From Octopus vulgaris (lineage: Eukaryota), in contig OX597815.1 in NCBI GenBank assembly GCA_951406725.2, forward strand, positions 6,138,001-6,202,000: a stretch of 64,000 bases of DNA. Reading direction: 5' to 3'. Shown here one piece after another: positions 1 to 13,883 of this stretch. The notes under the pieces were generated by a model. That model had not been told where the DNA came from. It saw only the letters and a program-made list of their open reading frames with translations, and did not search any database. Position 1 is the stretch's first letter, and every line of letters begins with the position of its first letter. Made by a program: the position numbers and the translations under genes.

Positions 1-3
1 TGG

Positions 4-49
<46 letters not shown>

Positions 50-160
50 GGTGATGACGATGATGGTGATGATGACGATGATGATGATGACGATGATGAT
101 GACGATGATGATTATGACAATGACGACGACGATGATGATAATGATGATGATGATGATGAT
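1..160. repeat. (GAT)n microsatellite
   Basis: Direct reading; the poly-Met ORF 3..218 is its translation. Confidence 0.95.
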
Positions 161-175
161 GTTGATATATAGATG

Positions 176-218
<43 letters not shown>

Positions 219-314
219 TCTGAATAAAGCTTTGAAAGACAGATAATGCTAAATTAATGCATGTTAACGAGGAAATAATTGTAATACTTGAGACGGCCCT
301 ATTATATTTACACG

Positions 315-388
315 TGTGTGTGTGTATGTGTGTTAGTGTGTTAGTGTGTTAGTGTGTGTGTGTGTGTATGTATGTGTGTATGTGTTAG

Positions 389-419
<31 letters not shown>

Positions 420-424
420 GTTAG

Positions 425-455
<31 letters not shown>

Positions 456-568
456 GTTAGTGTGTGTGTGTTTGTGTGTGTTTGTGTGTGTGTGTGTGTA
501 TGTATGTGTTAGTGTGTGTGTGTTTGTGTGTGTTTGTGTGTGTGTGTGTGTGTGTATGTATGTGTTAG

Positions 569-599
<31 letters not shown>

Positions 600-630
600 G
601 TTAGTGTGTGTGTGTGTGTGTATGTATGTG

Positions 631-669
<39 letters not shown>

Positions 670-670
670 G

Positions 671-766
<96 letters not shown>
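315..766. repeat. (GT)n microsatellite with periodic TATG/TTAG interruptions
   Basis: Direct reading. Confidence 0.95.
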
Positions 767-768
<2 letters not shown>

Positions 769-1254
769 GCTCAAACTAGTTTTTTTCTCAAATTCCACCG
801 TTCCATTCTGTGTTGTTTCGGTGAAGAAAGTCTCTAACAAAAATACACAAAAGTAAGTTGTTCAGTCTATTCTTTGAAAGCAACGAGGCGGCGGCAGGTT
901 TGGTTAGAAGAATCCTTCGATGTCTGCTCGGTTATTCACACCAGAACATATGGTTACGCTTAGAGCCATTAAACTGAACACAGTTTTTTTGCTTATCACA
1001 ATCTTGATAAACACTGGCATGGTCTACTTATTGGCCATGCAATAATTAGCAAACAGGGAGGGAACCTTTAGCTGCTTTCAGGTTACTAGATATGCTAGAA
1101 ACAACAGTCAAATCTCCCTCGAACTTACTGTCTTAGAAAATGGACACTGATCAGTGTGGCCTTGTATATATCGTCATCATCATCATTCAATGTCCACTTT
1201 TCAATGCTGGCATTAATTAGGTCAGTGGTTCCCAACGTTTTTATTTAAATGAGT

Positions 1255-1445
1255 TGGTCTCCTTGGCAACGCTTACGACGTGTGTTTTCCCTCCCCTCCC
1301 CTTCCCCACAGCTTCACGAGGGAGGGAAAGAAGGGGAGGAGCAGCACAGGTGCAGGTGCGAGCATGGACGCCGACACACGAAAAATTGGAAGAACCCAGA
1401 CGACAGCTTCACAGTCAAACGACTACTACGGACAACTCTGCCACC
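1255..1445 (+). repeat. Unclassified repeat unit, copy 1 (direct copy at 3416-3615, inverted partial copy at 3029-3104)
   Basis: TGGTCTCCTTGGCAACGCTTACGACG...GGACAACTCTGCCAC is nearly identical at both direct copies. Confidence 0.85.
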
Positions 1446-3030
1446 ACCACCACCACCACCACCACCACCACCACTACCACCATGACCACCACCACCATCA
1501 CCACCGCTACCACCACCACCATCATCACCACCACCTCCACCACCACCACCACCACCACCACCACCACCACCTCCACCACCACCACCACCTCCACCACCAC
1601 CACCATCACCTCCACCACCACCACCACCACCACCACCACCACCACCACCACCACCACCACCACCACCATCACCATCACCACCACCACCACCACCACCACC
1701 ACCATCACCACCATCATCACCACCACCACCACCACCATCACCACCACCACCAACTCCACCACCACCATCACCACCACCAACTCCACCAACTCCACCACCA
1801 CTACCATCACCACCACCACCACCACCATCATCACCACCACCACCACCACCACCACCACCACCACCACCACCACCACCACCATCACCACCACCTCCACCAC
1901 CATCACCACACCACCACCACCATCACCACCACCTCCACCACCTCCACCACCACCACAACCATCACCACCACCACCACCATCACCACCACCACCACCACCA
2001 TCACCATCATCACCACCTCCACCACCACCACAACCATCACCACCACCACCACCACCATCACCACCACCTCCACCACCTCCACCACCACCACCACCTCCAC
2101 CACCACCACCACCTCCACCACCACCACAACCATCACCACCACCACCAACTCCACCACCACCACCACCACCATCACCACCACCCACCACCATCACCACCAC
2201 CACCACCACCACCACCACCACCACCATCGCCGCCACCACCACCACCACCACCATCACCACCACCATCACCACCATCACCACCACCACCACCACCACCACC
2301 ACCACCACCACCACCACCACCATCACCACCACCATCACCACCATCACCATCACCACCAACTCCACCACCACCACCACCCCACCACCACCATCATCACCAC
2401 CACCACCACCACAACGACCACCACCACCACCACCATCACCACCATCGCCGCCACCACCACCACCACCACCAACACCACCACCATCACCACCATCACCACA
2501 CCACCACCACCACCACCATCACCACCACCTCCACCACCTCCACCACCACCACAACCATCACCACCACCACCACCACCACCACCATCACCATCACCACCAT
2601 CCACCACCAACTCCACCACCACCACCATCACCCCCCCACCATCATCACCACCACCATCACCACCACTCTCACCCCCACCACCACCTTCATCACCACCATC
2701 ACCATCATCACCGACCTCACCACTACCACCCTCACCCCCACCACCATCATCATCACCACCACCATCATCACCACCGCCACCACCACCATCACCACCACCC
2801 CCACCACCACCACCACCACCATCACCACCATCACCACCACCACCATCATCACCGACCTCACCACCACCACCACCATCATCACTACCCCCACCACCACCAC
2901 CACCATCACCACCACCACCACCATCACCACCACCACCACCACCACCACCACCACCACCACCACCACCACCACCACCACCACCACCACCACCACCACCACC
3001 ACCACCACCACCACCACAACCAACACCACC
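1441..3030. repeat. ~1.6 kb imperfect (CCA)n microsatellite
   Basis: CCA units with TCA/CCT variants; source of the poly-T/P/H/V/G ORFs. Confidence 0.97.
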
Positions 3031-3743
3031 AATTTTCCGTGTGTCGGCGTCCAGGCTCACACCTGCACCTGTGAAGCGTTGTCATGGAGACCACCGTTCT
3101 TCTCCCAAAAATTCTAAACTTCGTATTCTTGTAGAATCTGTCAAAATAAAACATTTTTTTCTCTTGGCTTTATTCAGAAAATTCTAGAGTTTCTAAGATA
3201 TTTGCTGTTTTTTCTTCTGCAATTTCAACCAATCAATGACGTCTATTGCGCAACAACTAATAAATACATTCGGTTGTGCCAATTCTTTGCCCGGGAAACC
3301 TGCCTTTGTGTGGCGTGTTTCCCCATTTTCTAAATTCCTCTTCGGCTTTCCTCGCCATTTTCTGCTTTGAGCATGGCGACTTCAAAGCCATGAAGTCGTT
3401 CTTCGAGAAGAACGGTGGTCTCCTTGGCAACGCTTACGACGTGTGTTTTCCCTCCCCTCCCCTTCCCCACAGTATCACGAGGGAGGGAAAGAAGGGGAGG
3501 AGCAAGACAGGTGCAGGTGCGAGCATGGACGCCGACACACCAAGAATTAGAAGAACCCAGACGACAACTTCACAGTCAACCACTACTACGGACAACTCTG
3601 CCACGACCACCACCAACTATGGCGAAATAATGTATCTGGTGGACGCGCCTGAAAGGATTCGAGACAAACACTTTCCTCTCTGGTCAATCTCTCATCAACT
3701 TCTTCAAGTATCACTTGAAAAGGAAAGTGAGAGTAAAGTTTTG
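3029..3743. mobile_element. Unclassified non-autonomous element with inverted arms (3029-3104 versus 3405-3550)
   Basis: AAGCGTTGTCATGGAGACCACCGTTCTTCTC is the near reverse complement of GAGAAGAACGGTGGTCTCCTTGGCAACGCTT; small internal hairpins are present. Confidence 0.5.
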
Positions 3744-4358
<615 letters not shown>

Positions 4359-4375
4359 TGTATAGATAAAGCACA

Positions 4376-4570
4376 GGCGTGGCTGTGTGGTAAAGGGTCG
4401 AAACAAACCCGAGCAACGCCGGGCGATACTGCTAGTGTATAGATAAAGCACATGGTTCTGGGTTCAATCCCACTGCATGGTGCCTTGAGCAAGTGTCTTC
4501 TACTATAGCCTCAGGCCAACCAAAACCTTGTGAGTGGATTTGGTAGATGGAAACTGAAAGAAGTCGTTGT
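4376..4570 (+). mobile_element. tRNA-derived SINE family A, 5' part, head disrupted by a duplication
   Basis: A-box-like TGGCTGTGTGG, B-box-like GGTTCAATCCC, shared body GTGAGTGGATTTGGTAGA. Confidence 0.8.
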
Positions 4571-4584
4571 ATTTATGCGAGTGT

Positions 4585-5080
4585 TGCATGACTGGCCCAT
4601 TTAAAAGTACCCTTGATGCATTGGGCAATATGATATGCTTGAGAATACTTGTTGAGTCAAGTAAAACCAAAATCATAGCTGTGGCCAGTGCCCTCTTGAC
4701 TGGCCTCCATGCTGGTGACACATAAAATGCACCATCGAAACATGGTTGATGCTAGTGCCCCGTGACTGGCTCCTGAGCCAGTGACAAGTAAAAAGCACCA
4801 TCTGTTTATGGTCAATGTCAGATCCACCTGACTGGCTCCTGTGCTAGTGGCACGTAAAAAGCACCATCCAAATGGGGCCATTGCGAGTACTGCCTGACTG
4901 GTCCTTGTGCTGGTAGCACGTAAAAGCACCCACTACACTGTTGGAGTGGTTGACGTTAGGAAGGACATCCAGCTGTAGAAACTCTGCCAGATCAAGATTG
5001 GAGCCTGGTGCAGCCATCTGGTTCGCCAGACCTCAGTTAAATCGTCTAACTCATGCTAGCATGTAAAGCAGACATTAAAC

Positions 5081-5120
<40 letters not shown>
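4585..5120 (+). mobile_element. RTE LINE 3'UTR fragment with (GAT)n tail
   Basis: TGGCACGTAAAAAGCACC units and the terminal ...TTAAACGATGATG; the same UTR follows RTE ORF2 at 13884 and 32957. Confidence 0.8.
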
Positions 5121-5122
<2 letters not shown>

Positions 5123-5257
5123 TATTCTGGCAAAGTTTCTACAGCTGGATGCCCTTCCCAACAACCACTCCATGAGTGTAGTGGGTGCTTTTATGCACCA
5201 CTGGCACAGGAGCCAGGCAGGCCTGGTATTAGCCCCGTTTTGATGGTGCTTTTTACT

Positions 5258-5760
5258 AGCACAGGAGCAGAAAACGAGAAAGCAACCATACTATGGGATA
5301 TGCCGATACACACAGATAGAGAAATTAAGGCCAATAGGCCAGATATAGTTGTTAGAGATTATGAAGAAAAAAAATGTTTTCTAATTGATGTATCAATACC
5401 GGCAGATGACAACGTTTCTCTGAAAGAAATGGAGAAACTTTCAAAATACAAAGACCTGGAAATAGAGGTAACTAGAATGTGGAATCTGAAAACAGAAACA
5501 ATTCCTATCATAGTAGGTGCATTAGGCATGATAAAAAAATATTCAGACAAATACATAACAAAAACACCAGGACTTACAAACACATATAACATACAGAAAA
5601 TTGCACTACTAGGCACTGCACACATCCTACGCAGAACACTTTCAATACAGAAAAAATAAGAGCATCACAACAAATCACAGCACATACCCAAGGCACACAG
5701 AGCTGTGTTCGGTAGTGAAGTGAAAGCACGCTATAAAAATAAAACTACCGCATAAAAATA
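5258..5760 (+). mobile_element. R4/Dong-like non-LTR retrotransposon 3' fragment (RLE endonuclease domain and 3'UTR)
   Basis: ORF 5240-5659 ILWD..TDREIKANRPDIVV..LIDVSIP..KLSKYKDL..PIIVGALG..QKIALLGTAHILR (PD-D/ExK RLE); followed by (TAA)n. Confidence 0.9.
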
Positions 5761-5860
<100 letters not shown>

Positions 5861-6356
5861 GACAACTGACAAGCAAATCTGTGGTATTGAGCAGAATATT
5901 TGGTATAAAAGATGGGCTACAGCAAATATTCTGCTCAATACCACAGATTTGCTTGTCAGTTGTTTGACGTCCCTCAGTGGCTGACGATATGTGCATCTCC
6001 GATCACGAGCAAAAGTAGTGGGGGAGCATCATAGCCATGTGTTGAAAGGAATTCTTAGAGATTTGGGTAATTCATCTTTGGAAAGATAGGTGGTTTGTTC
6101 AACATCCTTAGACAATCCTTATTCAGGGACCTTTTGAGCGGGGTGGGCTACTCAACCAGAAGAAAATTCTAACTGGGCCCCCACCTGCAAGGTCATGCGC
6201 TGTTTATCTTGATATGAGATCACCATGTTGCATAAATATGGCTGTGATGCATGTGCCTAGTGTACCCTTATCAGACGGGTAGTCATGATGGGTATACTGG
6301 GCTTCGTATATTTTACCCCAGTGTCACTTTGATGGCAGGCACTGCTCTCTCACTCA
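5861..6356 (+). mobile_element. TAA-flanked ~560-bp repeat family, left-truncated, with a terminal inversion
   Basis: Matches 62600-63157, 63512-64000 and 41514-41945; 5861-5902 is the reverse complement of 5923-5963. Confidence 0.85.
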
Positions 6357-6373
6357 ATAATAATAATAACAAC

Positions 6374-6552
6374 AACATTGAAAAATACCTTAGGAATAAG
6401 AACCCAGGTTAGAAATTTCCCCCAAGACACCTGATGAAGGAGGCTGGAGGGTATATCAGCCGAAATGTTGTGATAACAACAAACAAGATGAGGACAAATA
6501 TCCGTCAAACGTAAATAATGTAAATAATCCTTTGTCTCTTAAATATAGAACT
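6374..6552 (+). mobile_element. ~175-bp hammerhead-bearing repeat body (second copy at 26742-26917)
   Basis: Two near-identical copies, each preceded by (TAA)n. Confidence 0.8.
6426..6474 (+). ncRNA. Minimal type-I hammerhead ribozyme motif (decayed)
   Basis: GACAC-CTGATGA-..GGCTG(loop)CAGCC-GAAA-TGTT-GTG. Confidence 0.7.
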
Positions 6553-6597
6553 GTAGAGATTTTTCTACAGATTTTTCTATGCCTAATGTGTGTGGAT

Positions 6598-6880
6598 TCA
6601 TCATCATCATCATCGTTTAACGTCCGTTCTCCATGCTAGCCATGAAGGCTGCACCAGGCTTCAGTCTGATCTGGCACTGTTCCTACAGCTGGATGCCCTT
6701 CCTAACGCCAACCACTCCGAGAGTGTAGTGGGTGCTTTTTACGTGCCACCTGCACAGGTGCCAGGGGAGGCTGGAAACGGCCACAATCGGTTGGTGCTTT
6801 TACGTGCCACCGTCATGGAAGACAGTCAAGGTGGCGCTGGCATCAACCACGTGCAGATGGCGCTTTTTACATGCCATTGG
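6598..6880 (-). mobile_element. RTE LINE 3'UTR fragment
   Basis: Reverse complement of the RTE terminal motif with (CAT)n. Confidence 0.8.
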
Positions 6881-7052
6881 TTTCATGCTCAAAGTTCATT
6901 TGCAGTTTTACTAAATGACTATTAAATTCAACTTCCCTTATTTGCTAAAAAAAAAATAAGTCAGACAAAACCATCAGTAACTCCACCACCACCACCACCA
7001 CCACCACCACCATCTTAACCACTATTTTTAAAATTCAACCATTTATATATAT

Positions 7053-7082
7053 TTTCTCTTCTCTCTCTCTCTCTCTCTCATC

Positions 7083-7114
<32 letters not shown>

Positions 7115-7322
7115 CTTTCTCTCTCTCTTCTCTCTTTCATATCTCTCTTCTCTCTTTCTCTTCTCTCTCTCTCTCTCTCTCTTTCATATCTCTCTTCTCT
7201 CTTTCTCTTCTCTCTCTCTCTCTCTTTCATCTTTCTCTTTTCTCTTTTATCTCTCTCTCTCTTTCTCTTCTCTCTATCTCTCTCTTCTCTCTCTCTCTGT
7301 CTCTCTCTCCCTCCCCCTCCCC

Positions 7323-7358
<36 letters not shown>
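7053..7358. repeat. (CT)n-rich tract
   Basis: Direct reading. Confidence 0.9.
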
Positions 7359-7361
<3 letters not shown>

Positions 7362-7564
7362 AGGATTTGCTGTTGGAGATAGATGCATACTTAAATCCTT
7401 TTGTCTTCATCCTTAATCAATAATCAATAAGCAGTCGTGAGTGACGTTCAATACTTTCCTTCTTTTTCGATTTCCTCTTCTTTTTTCATTCATGTTTTTC
7501 TTGTATTTTTATTTTTGATCAATTGATAAATTTCTGCTGCTGCTGATGCTGCTGTTATTATCAT

Positions 7565-7702
7565 TGGTGGTGATGGTAGTGGTGGTGGTGGTTATGGTGG
7601 TGGAGGTAGTGCGGTTGTTGGTGGTAGTGGTGGAGGTAGTGCAGTTGTTGGTGGTAGTGGTGGTTGTTGTGGCGTTAGTGGTGGTGCTGGTGGTATTGGT
7701 GC

Positions 7703-7740
<38 letters not shown>

Positions 7741-7863
7741 TAGTAGTAGTAGTTGTGGTGGTCGTGGTGTTATGGTTGGTGGTGGTATGGTGGTGGGGGT
7801 GGAGTGGGCAGTGAAACTAATGGTGATGGTGGTGGTGGGGTGGTGATGGGAACAGTCAATGTG

Positions 7864-7907
<44 letters not shown>

Positions 7908-7960
7908 GGTGGTGGTGGTGGTGGTGGTGGTGGTGGTGGTGGTGGTGGTGGAGAGGTGAT
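7565..7960. repeat. (GGT)n/(GTA)n compound microsatellite
   Basis: Direct reading. Confidence 0.9.
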
Positions 7961-8429
7961 GGTGAAGATGATATTGACTGCATCAGACATATTGTCTTTT
8001 TTCCCCACCATCTCCACCCTTCCCTGCTGTTTCTACCCAAGTCTAAACGATGGATGATTGCCTCCCAATCATCTTTCCTCTTCTCCCCCACATTCCACGT
8101 GACTGAAACCAACAGCATCACACAAATCAACAACACAACCATATCCCATGATTTTGCTAGAAATAACAACTAATCCTTCCTCAAATTGTCTTTCAAAAAA
8201 CACAAGACGCAGTCCTTAAAAATATCTCTAAAACGGCTGGATGGTCACATCTAGAGCACCTTTCTTTGATTGTAAATCTGCAAAGTCAGGACTGACCTGG
8301 GGTTAAGCAACAAAAGCAACAACTAACACCTACAAACAAGGAATTGGTTCAATTGTCAGGAATCACCAAAGATTCTGGCACAAGAAATACTTCATCACTT
8401 CCATTAATCTCAGCTCTAAACTGCCTCAT

Positions 8430-8480
8430 TTCTCTCTCTCTCTCTACCTCCCACGTCCTTTTATCTCTCTCTCTCTCTCA

Positions 8481-8513
<33 letters not shown>

Positions 8514-8515
8514 CA

Positions 8516-8597
<82 letters not shown>

Positions 8598-8650
8598 CAT
8601 GTCTATCTATCTGTCTCTCTATCTGTCTGTCTATCTATCTGTCTGTCTGC

Positions 8651-8703
<53 letters not shown>

Positions 8704-8708
8704 AATCA

Positions 8709-8740
<32 letters not shown>

Positions 8741-8805
8741 ATCTGTCTATCTATCTATCTATCAATCAATCTATCTATCTATCCTTCTATCTATCTATCT
8801 ATCTA

Positions 8806-8863
<58 letters not shown>

Positions 8864-8890
8864 CCTATCCTTCTATCTATCTCACTCTCT
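8430..8890. repeat. (CT)n/(TCTA)n compound microsatellite
   Basis: Direct reading. Confidence 0.9.
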
Positions 8891-8910
8891 CTGTACATAT
8901 ATATATGCAT

Positions 8911-9330
8911 GCTTTTACTCTTTTATCCTTTTAATTGTTTCAGTCATTTGGCGGCGGCCATGCTGGGGCACCACCGTTTAGCAAATCGACCCCAGGACCT
9001 ACTCTTTGTAAGCCTAGTACTTATTCTGCTGGTCTCTTTTTGCGGAACTGCTAAGTTACGGGGACGTAAACACACCAACATCGCATAGCATCGCATGTCA
9101 AGCGATGTTGGTGGGGACAAACAGACACACAAACACATACACATACATATATATATATATACATATATACGACAGGCTTCTTTCAGTTTCCGTCTACCAA
9201 ATCCACTCACAAGGCATTGGTCGGCCCGAGGCTATAGCAGAAGACACCTGCCCAAGGTGCCACGCAGTGGGACTGAACCCAGAACCATGTGGTTGGTAAG
9301 CAAGCTACTTACCACACAGCCACTCCTGCA
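8911..9330 (-). mobile_element. tRNA-derived SINE family A, near full length
   Basis: Reverse complement of the consensus seen at 46144-46558. Confidence 0.9.
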
Positions 9331-9594
9331 TGTATGTGAGGTGGGTGGGCTGGGGTGAGTGTGTGTATTTACATTCCCTTTTTCCCTTTCTTCTCATTTC
9401 AGAGCATCTTTGTATCATAAAAAAACTATTTTCTTTTGATTTTTTAATTTTTTGCTTCATATTTCTACTTAAAATTACACCCCCCCTCTCTCTGTCACTC
9501 TCTCTCTCTTTCTATCTCTCTCTCCTTCTCTCCTAGTTTCTCTGTTTCCCTTGCTTTCTTTGTAATATATAACAAACAATTCACTCTTACAAAT

Positions 9595-9738
9595 GCACAC
9601 ATACATATATATATGCATGTGTATACAAATTATACAAAGGTACATAAACACTCACACAAATACATGCAAATATACATGTATAAATGTATATAAATATATG
9701 CATATAATACACACACACACACTCATATATATATATAT

Positions 9739-9803
<65 letters not shown>

Positions 9804-10242
9804 AATATACAAGTCTACATGTGTACATATACATATACAAATATATATACACACACACACACACACCCACATACACACATATATATATATACATGTGTGT
9901 GTGTGTATCATATATTGTATGCATATATGTATTACACACATATATGCTTACAGACATTGCCATAACCAACAAAGTGATCCTTATATATATATATATATAT
10001 ACACACACATATATATATATACATATATATATATATACACACACATATATATACACACACACACACACATATATATAAGCATATATATACATACACATAT
10101 ATATACATACATATATATATATATACATACATATATATTAATACATGCATATATATATATATATACACACACACATGTAAAGATTCATGCTTATATACAT
10201 ACACAACACACACACACACACATCACACATCACACACACATA
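9595..10242. repeat. (TA)n/(CA)n low-complexity tract
   Basis: Direct reading. Confidence 0.9.
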
Positions 10243-10619
10243 ATAGTTTGCCTGCATCAAAGTTCCCTGCATCTCTTATTTACCAGGTATATTTGCTCTG
10301 CTCCAGTAATATGATCAGTCGACATTACACCAACAGACGTATTTACCATACTTCCGGCGCCACACTTCTTACACACGTGCCTGTTAAACTCACACATGGC
10401 TACAAACCACCAACACTCACTCGTGGCATCTGCTAATGTTCAGGCATTATTTTGATATTGATTTGTCTCCCTTGTTTTCATACAGATCCCCCACCACCAC
10501 CACCACCACCACCACCTGATTAGGAGAAGAAATACATATATATCTATACATACTGGCCACTTATTTTTTCTATTCCGTGAGGATAGATAACATGTATTTA
10601 TCTACATATATTCCCATAA

Positions 10620-10982
10620 CGATGACATGTGAAAAGCACCACACAAGCGGGAAAAAAGTCAGCGTTGCCATACCGGCACATGACAAACAACATTTGAGTG
10701 TGGTTGTTGCCAGTGCCGCAGGACTGGCTCCCATGCAGGTGACATGTAAAAAACAATCTTTTGAGTGTAGTCGTTGCCAGAACTGCCTGACTGGCCCTCA
10801 TGCTGGTGGCATGTAAAAAGCACACCCTACACTCTCGGAGTTGTTGGCAGTAGGAAAAGCATCCAGCTATAGAAACACTGCGAGATCAGATTGGAACCTG
10901 GTGCAGCTCACCAATCCTCATTCAAACCATCCAATCCATGCCAGCATGGAAAGCAGACGTTAAACAATGATGATGATGATGA

Positions 10983-10985
<3 letters not shown>
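10620..10985 (+). mobile_element. RTE LINE 3'UTR fragment
   Basis: UTR units and (GAT)n tail. Confidence 0.75.
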
Positions 10986-11025
<40 letters not shown>

Positions 11026-11279
11026 TTATTTGAGGGAATAAAATCCAAACTTACAAGGAAAAATTCAATTTAGATATACTAAATCAAATTTCGCACAATA
11101 TAATGTATATATAAAAAATTAGAAAAAAACCACCTTTTATCAATTCAAAATGAACAATTAAATTACACCATCTAGAAAATTACATATAATAGAAATATTA
11201 AAATTAAAATAACAATAAAATGTCAATGATTAAGTAAATTGCAAAATAATAATAATAAAAACGTATGTATTTTGTAGAA

Positions 11280-11368
11280 TAACGACACGTGTTTCGTGGC
11301 TATATTTAAGAAAAGATTATAGTTGTAGAGAAATCACTTTGATATAAATATAGCCACTCATCAGGTTA
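11280..11368 (-). ncRNA. Intact-looking type-I hammerhead ribozyme in an AT-rich Penelope-like terminal repeat (~11020-11510)
   Basis: Minus strand: TAAC-CTGATGA-GTGGCTATATTTA(loop)TAAATATAGCCAC-GAA-ACACGTGT-C-GTTA; canonical core, 13-bp stem II, palindromic stem III, GUC triplet. Confidence 0.88.
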
Positions 11369-11559
11369 AGAATAAACTAGAACAAAGCTTAAAATGCCAG
11401 AAAATATAAATTTTACAATAAATTTGATTCTCATCTCAATATAAAGCCATCAATAAATACTCTATTTTTATTCTCAAACTTGATGTAAAAGAATAAAGTG
11501 AAATTTACATTTGTGTGTGTGTGTATGTGTGTGTATTTATATATATCCCTCAATTATAC

Positions 11560-11866
11560 TTTAAAACTTTGTAACCAGCGCAAAGCCACCTCCCTCAGTA
11601 CCATTCCGTCTTTCAACTGAAGGTTTTTTTGTCCTGCAAATTTTTGGGTGCCATGAAAGGAAAAAAGGCACCTGATACACTTTGTAAAATGGTTGGCATT
11701 AGGAAGGGCGTCCAGCCATAGAAACCATGTCAAAGTAAACAATGGAGCCTGGTGCGGTTCTCTGGCCTTGCCACCCCCTGTCGAACCATCCAACCCATGC
11801 CAAATGGAGGTGATGAGGAGGAGAAGAAGGATGACAACGATGACAACGAAGATGATGACGATGACA

Positions 11867-11897
<31 letters not shown>

Positions 11898-11913
11898 TGA
11901 TGATGATGACGAC

Positions 11914-11948
<35 letters not shown>

Positions 11949-12056
11949 CGACGATGATGAAGATGATGATTATGATGATGATGATGATGATGATGATGGT
12001 GGTGATGACGATGATGAGGATGATGATGAGGATGATGATGATGATGGTGATGATGA
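11560..12056 (+). mobile_element. RTE-type 3' end with expanded (GAT/GAC)n tail
   Basis: GGTTGGCATTAGGAAGGGC...CCAACCCATGC, then GAT repeats. Confidence 0.7.
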
Positions 12057-12574
12057 TACAGTACCATCTTAAGGCATGAGCACACAGGGCAGCTGGTTGG
12101 GCTCATCAGGGACCCAGGACCCAGTCCCGGTCAAATGTAGGCTGTGGCTTGCTATCAACAAGAAAATACAATAGGGCCCAGTGATTTGCCTGAATGCCAA
12201 TAATCCCGCTCGGATGGCCCTGCTAACACATGGCATTTATGTACCTGTGTCTTGGCTGGAGAAACTTTTCCTGAGTACTCACCTTTTTTCCAACAAGATA
12301 CTCCAAGTTTTTTAGAGACGTTGAATAAATTAAGCTGCGTCTGATGGAATTCACACAATTCAACAAACACAAATTTTATCAAATATTCTATCAATTTTAA
12401 CACTGAATTCTTGTTTTCCTTTTGTATTCATGAAGCGTCTCATTTATATTTAAACAGTTATTATCACATAACATTACATTTTCTTGTACAGCCTTCGTCA
12501 CATTAATAATTACTTCATTTTGTCTTCTTGAAGCAGTTACATTCTTTCAGTATTATTGTTGTTGCTGTTGTTGT

Positions 12575-13016
12575 TATTTCTTTTTGCCACAGATTTTGTT
12601 GGAACTCCTGGAGTTTTCCATGTGCAGCAGGCTTGCTCCCTGCAACCTACAGTACCTTGCTATCCATTCTTTTTAGCTCTCTGATACTTTCCTGATTATT
12701 CTGGCCGTGCCAAGGAGGCAAACCTTTTGTAACAGTTCTACTGGGCACTCTATTCCAATTTCCTTTATATTCCCCTTGATGCCTTCTGATACTGTCCCCA
12801 AGGACCCAACAATAATTGGCACTATCTTCATCTTCTTCATTTTCCATAGCCGGGCTATTTCATACTTAAGAGGGTTGTATCAATCTATCTTTTCGCCTTC
12901 CTTCTTGACCATTCGTGGGTCAAAGAGGCATGCAACATCAACTATATAGCACATGTGGTGCATCTTGTCCACCACCACCACTAGGTCCGGTCTGTTATGC
13001 TCTAGCACCTGATCTC
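12575..13016 (-). mobile_element. R4/Dong-like RLE 3' fragment
   Basis: Minus-strand translation DQVLEHNRPDLVVV..IVDVACLFD..KYEIARLW..PIIVGSLG..QKVCLLGTARII with an internal stop; TAA/CAA repeats on both sides. Confidence 0.85.
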
Positions 13017-13038
13017 TATTATTATTGTTATTATTATT

Positions 13039-13084
<46 letters not shown>

Positions 13085-13349
13085 CCCTCATCATCATCAC
13101 CACCACCACCACCACCACCACCATCGTCATCATCATCATCATCATCATCATCATTATTATTAAGGCAGCGAGTTGGCAGAACCATTAGACAATATCTTTA
13201 AGAACCATAAGAGTTGTCAGTCTGCCTCATTGTCCAAACAAAACATATTTCCGAACGTAACCTGAGATTCACTGAGTGGAATTGAACCACATATTTTTGC
13301 TCTAAAATGTTACAAGTTAAACCACAAGGAATTTCCCAGTCACTCCTTT

Positions 13350-13848
13350 CATCATCATCATCATCATCGTTTAACGTCCGTTTTCCATGCTGGCATGGGT
13401 TGGACGGTTTGACTAGGGTCTGGGAAGCCAGGAGGCTGCACCAGGCTCCAGTCTGATCTGGCAGTGTTTCTACAGCTGGATGCCCTTCCTAATGCCAACC
13501 ACTCCATGAGTGTAGTGGGTGCTTTTTATGTGCCACCTGCACAGGTGCCAGGCAAGGCTGGCAATGGCCACAATCGGTTGGTGCTTTTTACGTGCCACCA
13601 GCACAGAAGCCAGTCGAGGCAGCGCTGGCATCGGCCACGTTCGGATGGTGCTTTTTACATGCCATCAGCACAGGTGCCAGGCAAGGCTGGCAATGGCCAC
13701 AATCGGTTGGTGCTTTTTACGTGCCACCAGCACAGAAGCCAGTCAAGGCATCGGTCACGTTCGGATGGTGCTTTTTACATGCCACGAGCACAGGTGCCAT
13801 GTGAGGCTGGCAACGGCCACGATCGGTTGGTGCTTTTTACATGCCAGT
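13350..13848 (-). mobile_element. RTE LINE 3'UTR with ~5 tandem units
   Basis: Reverse-complement UTR; GGTGCTTTTTACGTGCCA is repeated. Confidence 0.85.
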
Positions 13849-13883
13849 TTGTCTAAATTAAATATCTGAATATCTGTCTGCTT

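Noticed and set aside
1254-3187. 600+ aa Thr/Pro/His-rich ORFs resembling mucin or extensin
   Set aside because: They are translations of (CCA)n with frame switching and are open in several frames; the flanks are a repeat
12400-12545. ~48-codon open stretch on the minus strand in unique DNA
   Set aside because: No recognisable domain or clear splice sites
13500-13848. CRISPR-like direct repeats with apparent spacers
   Set aside because: The spacers are homologous to each other, the array is part of an RTE 3'UTR, the context is eukaryotic and there are no cas genes
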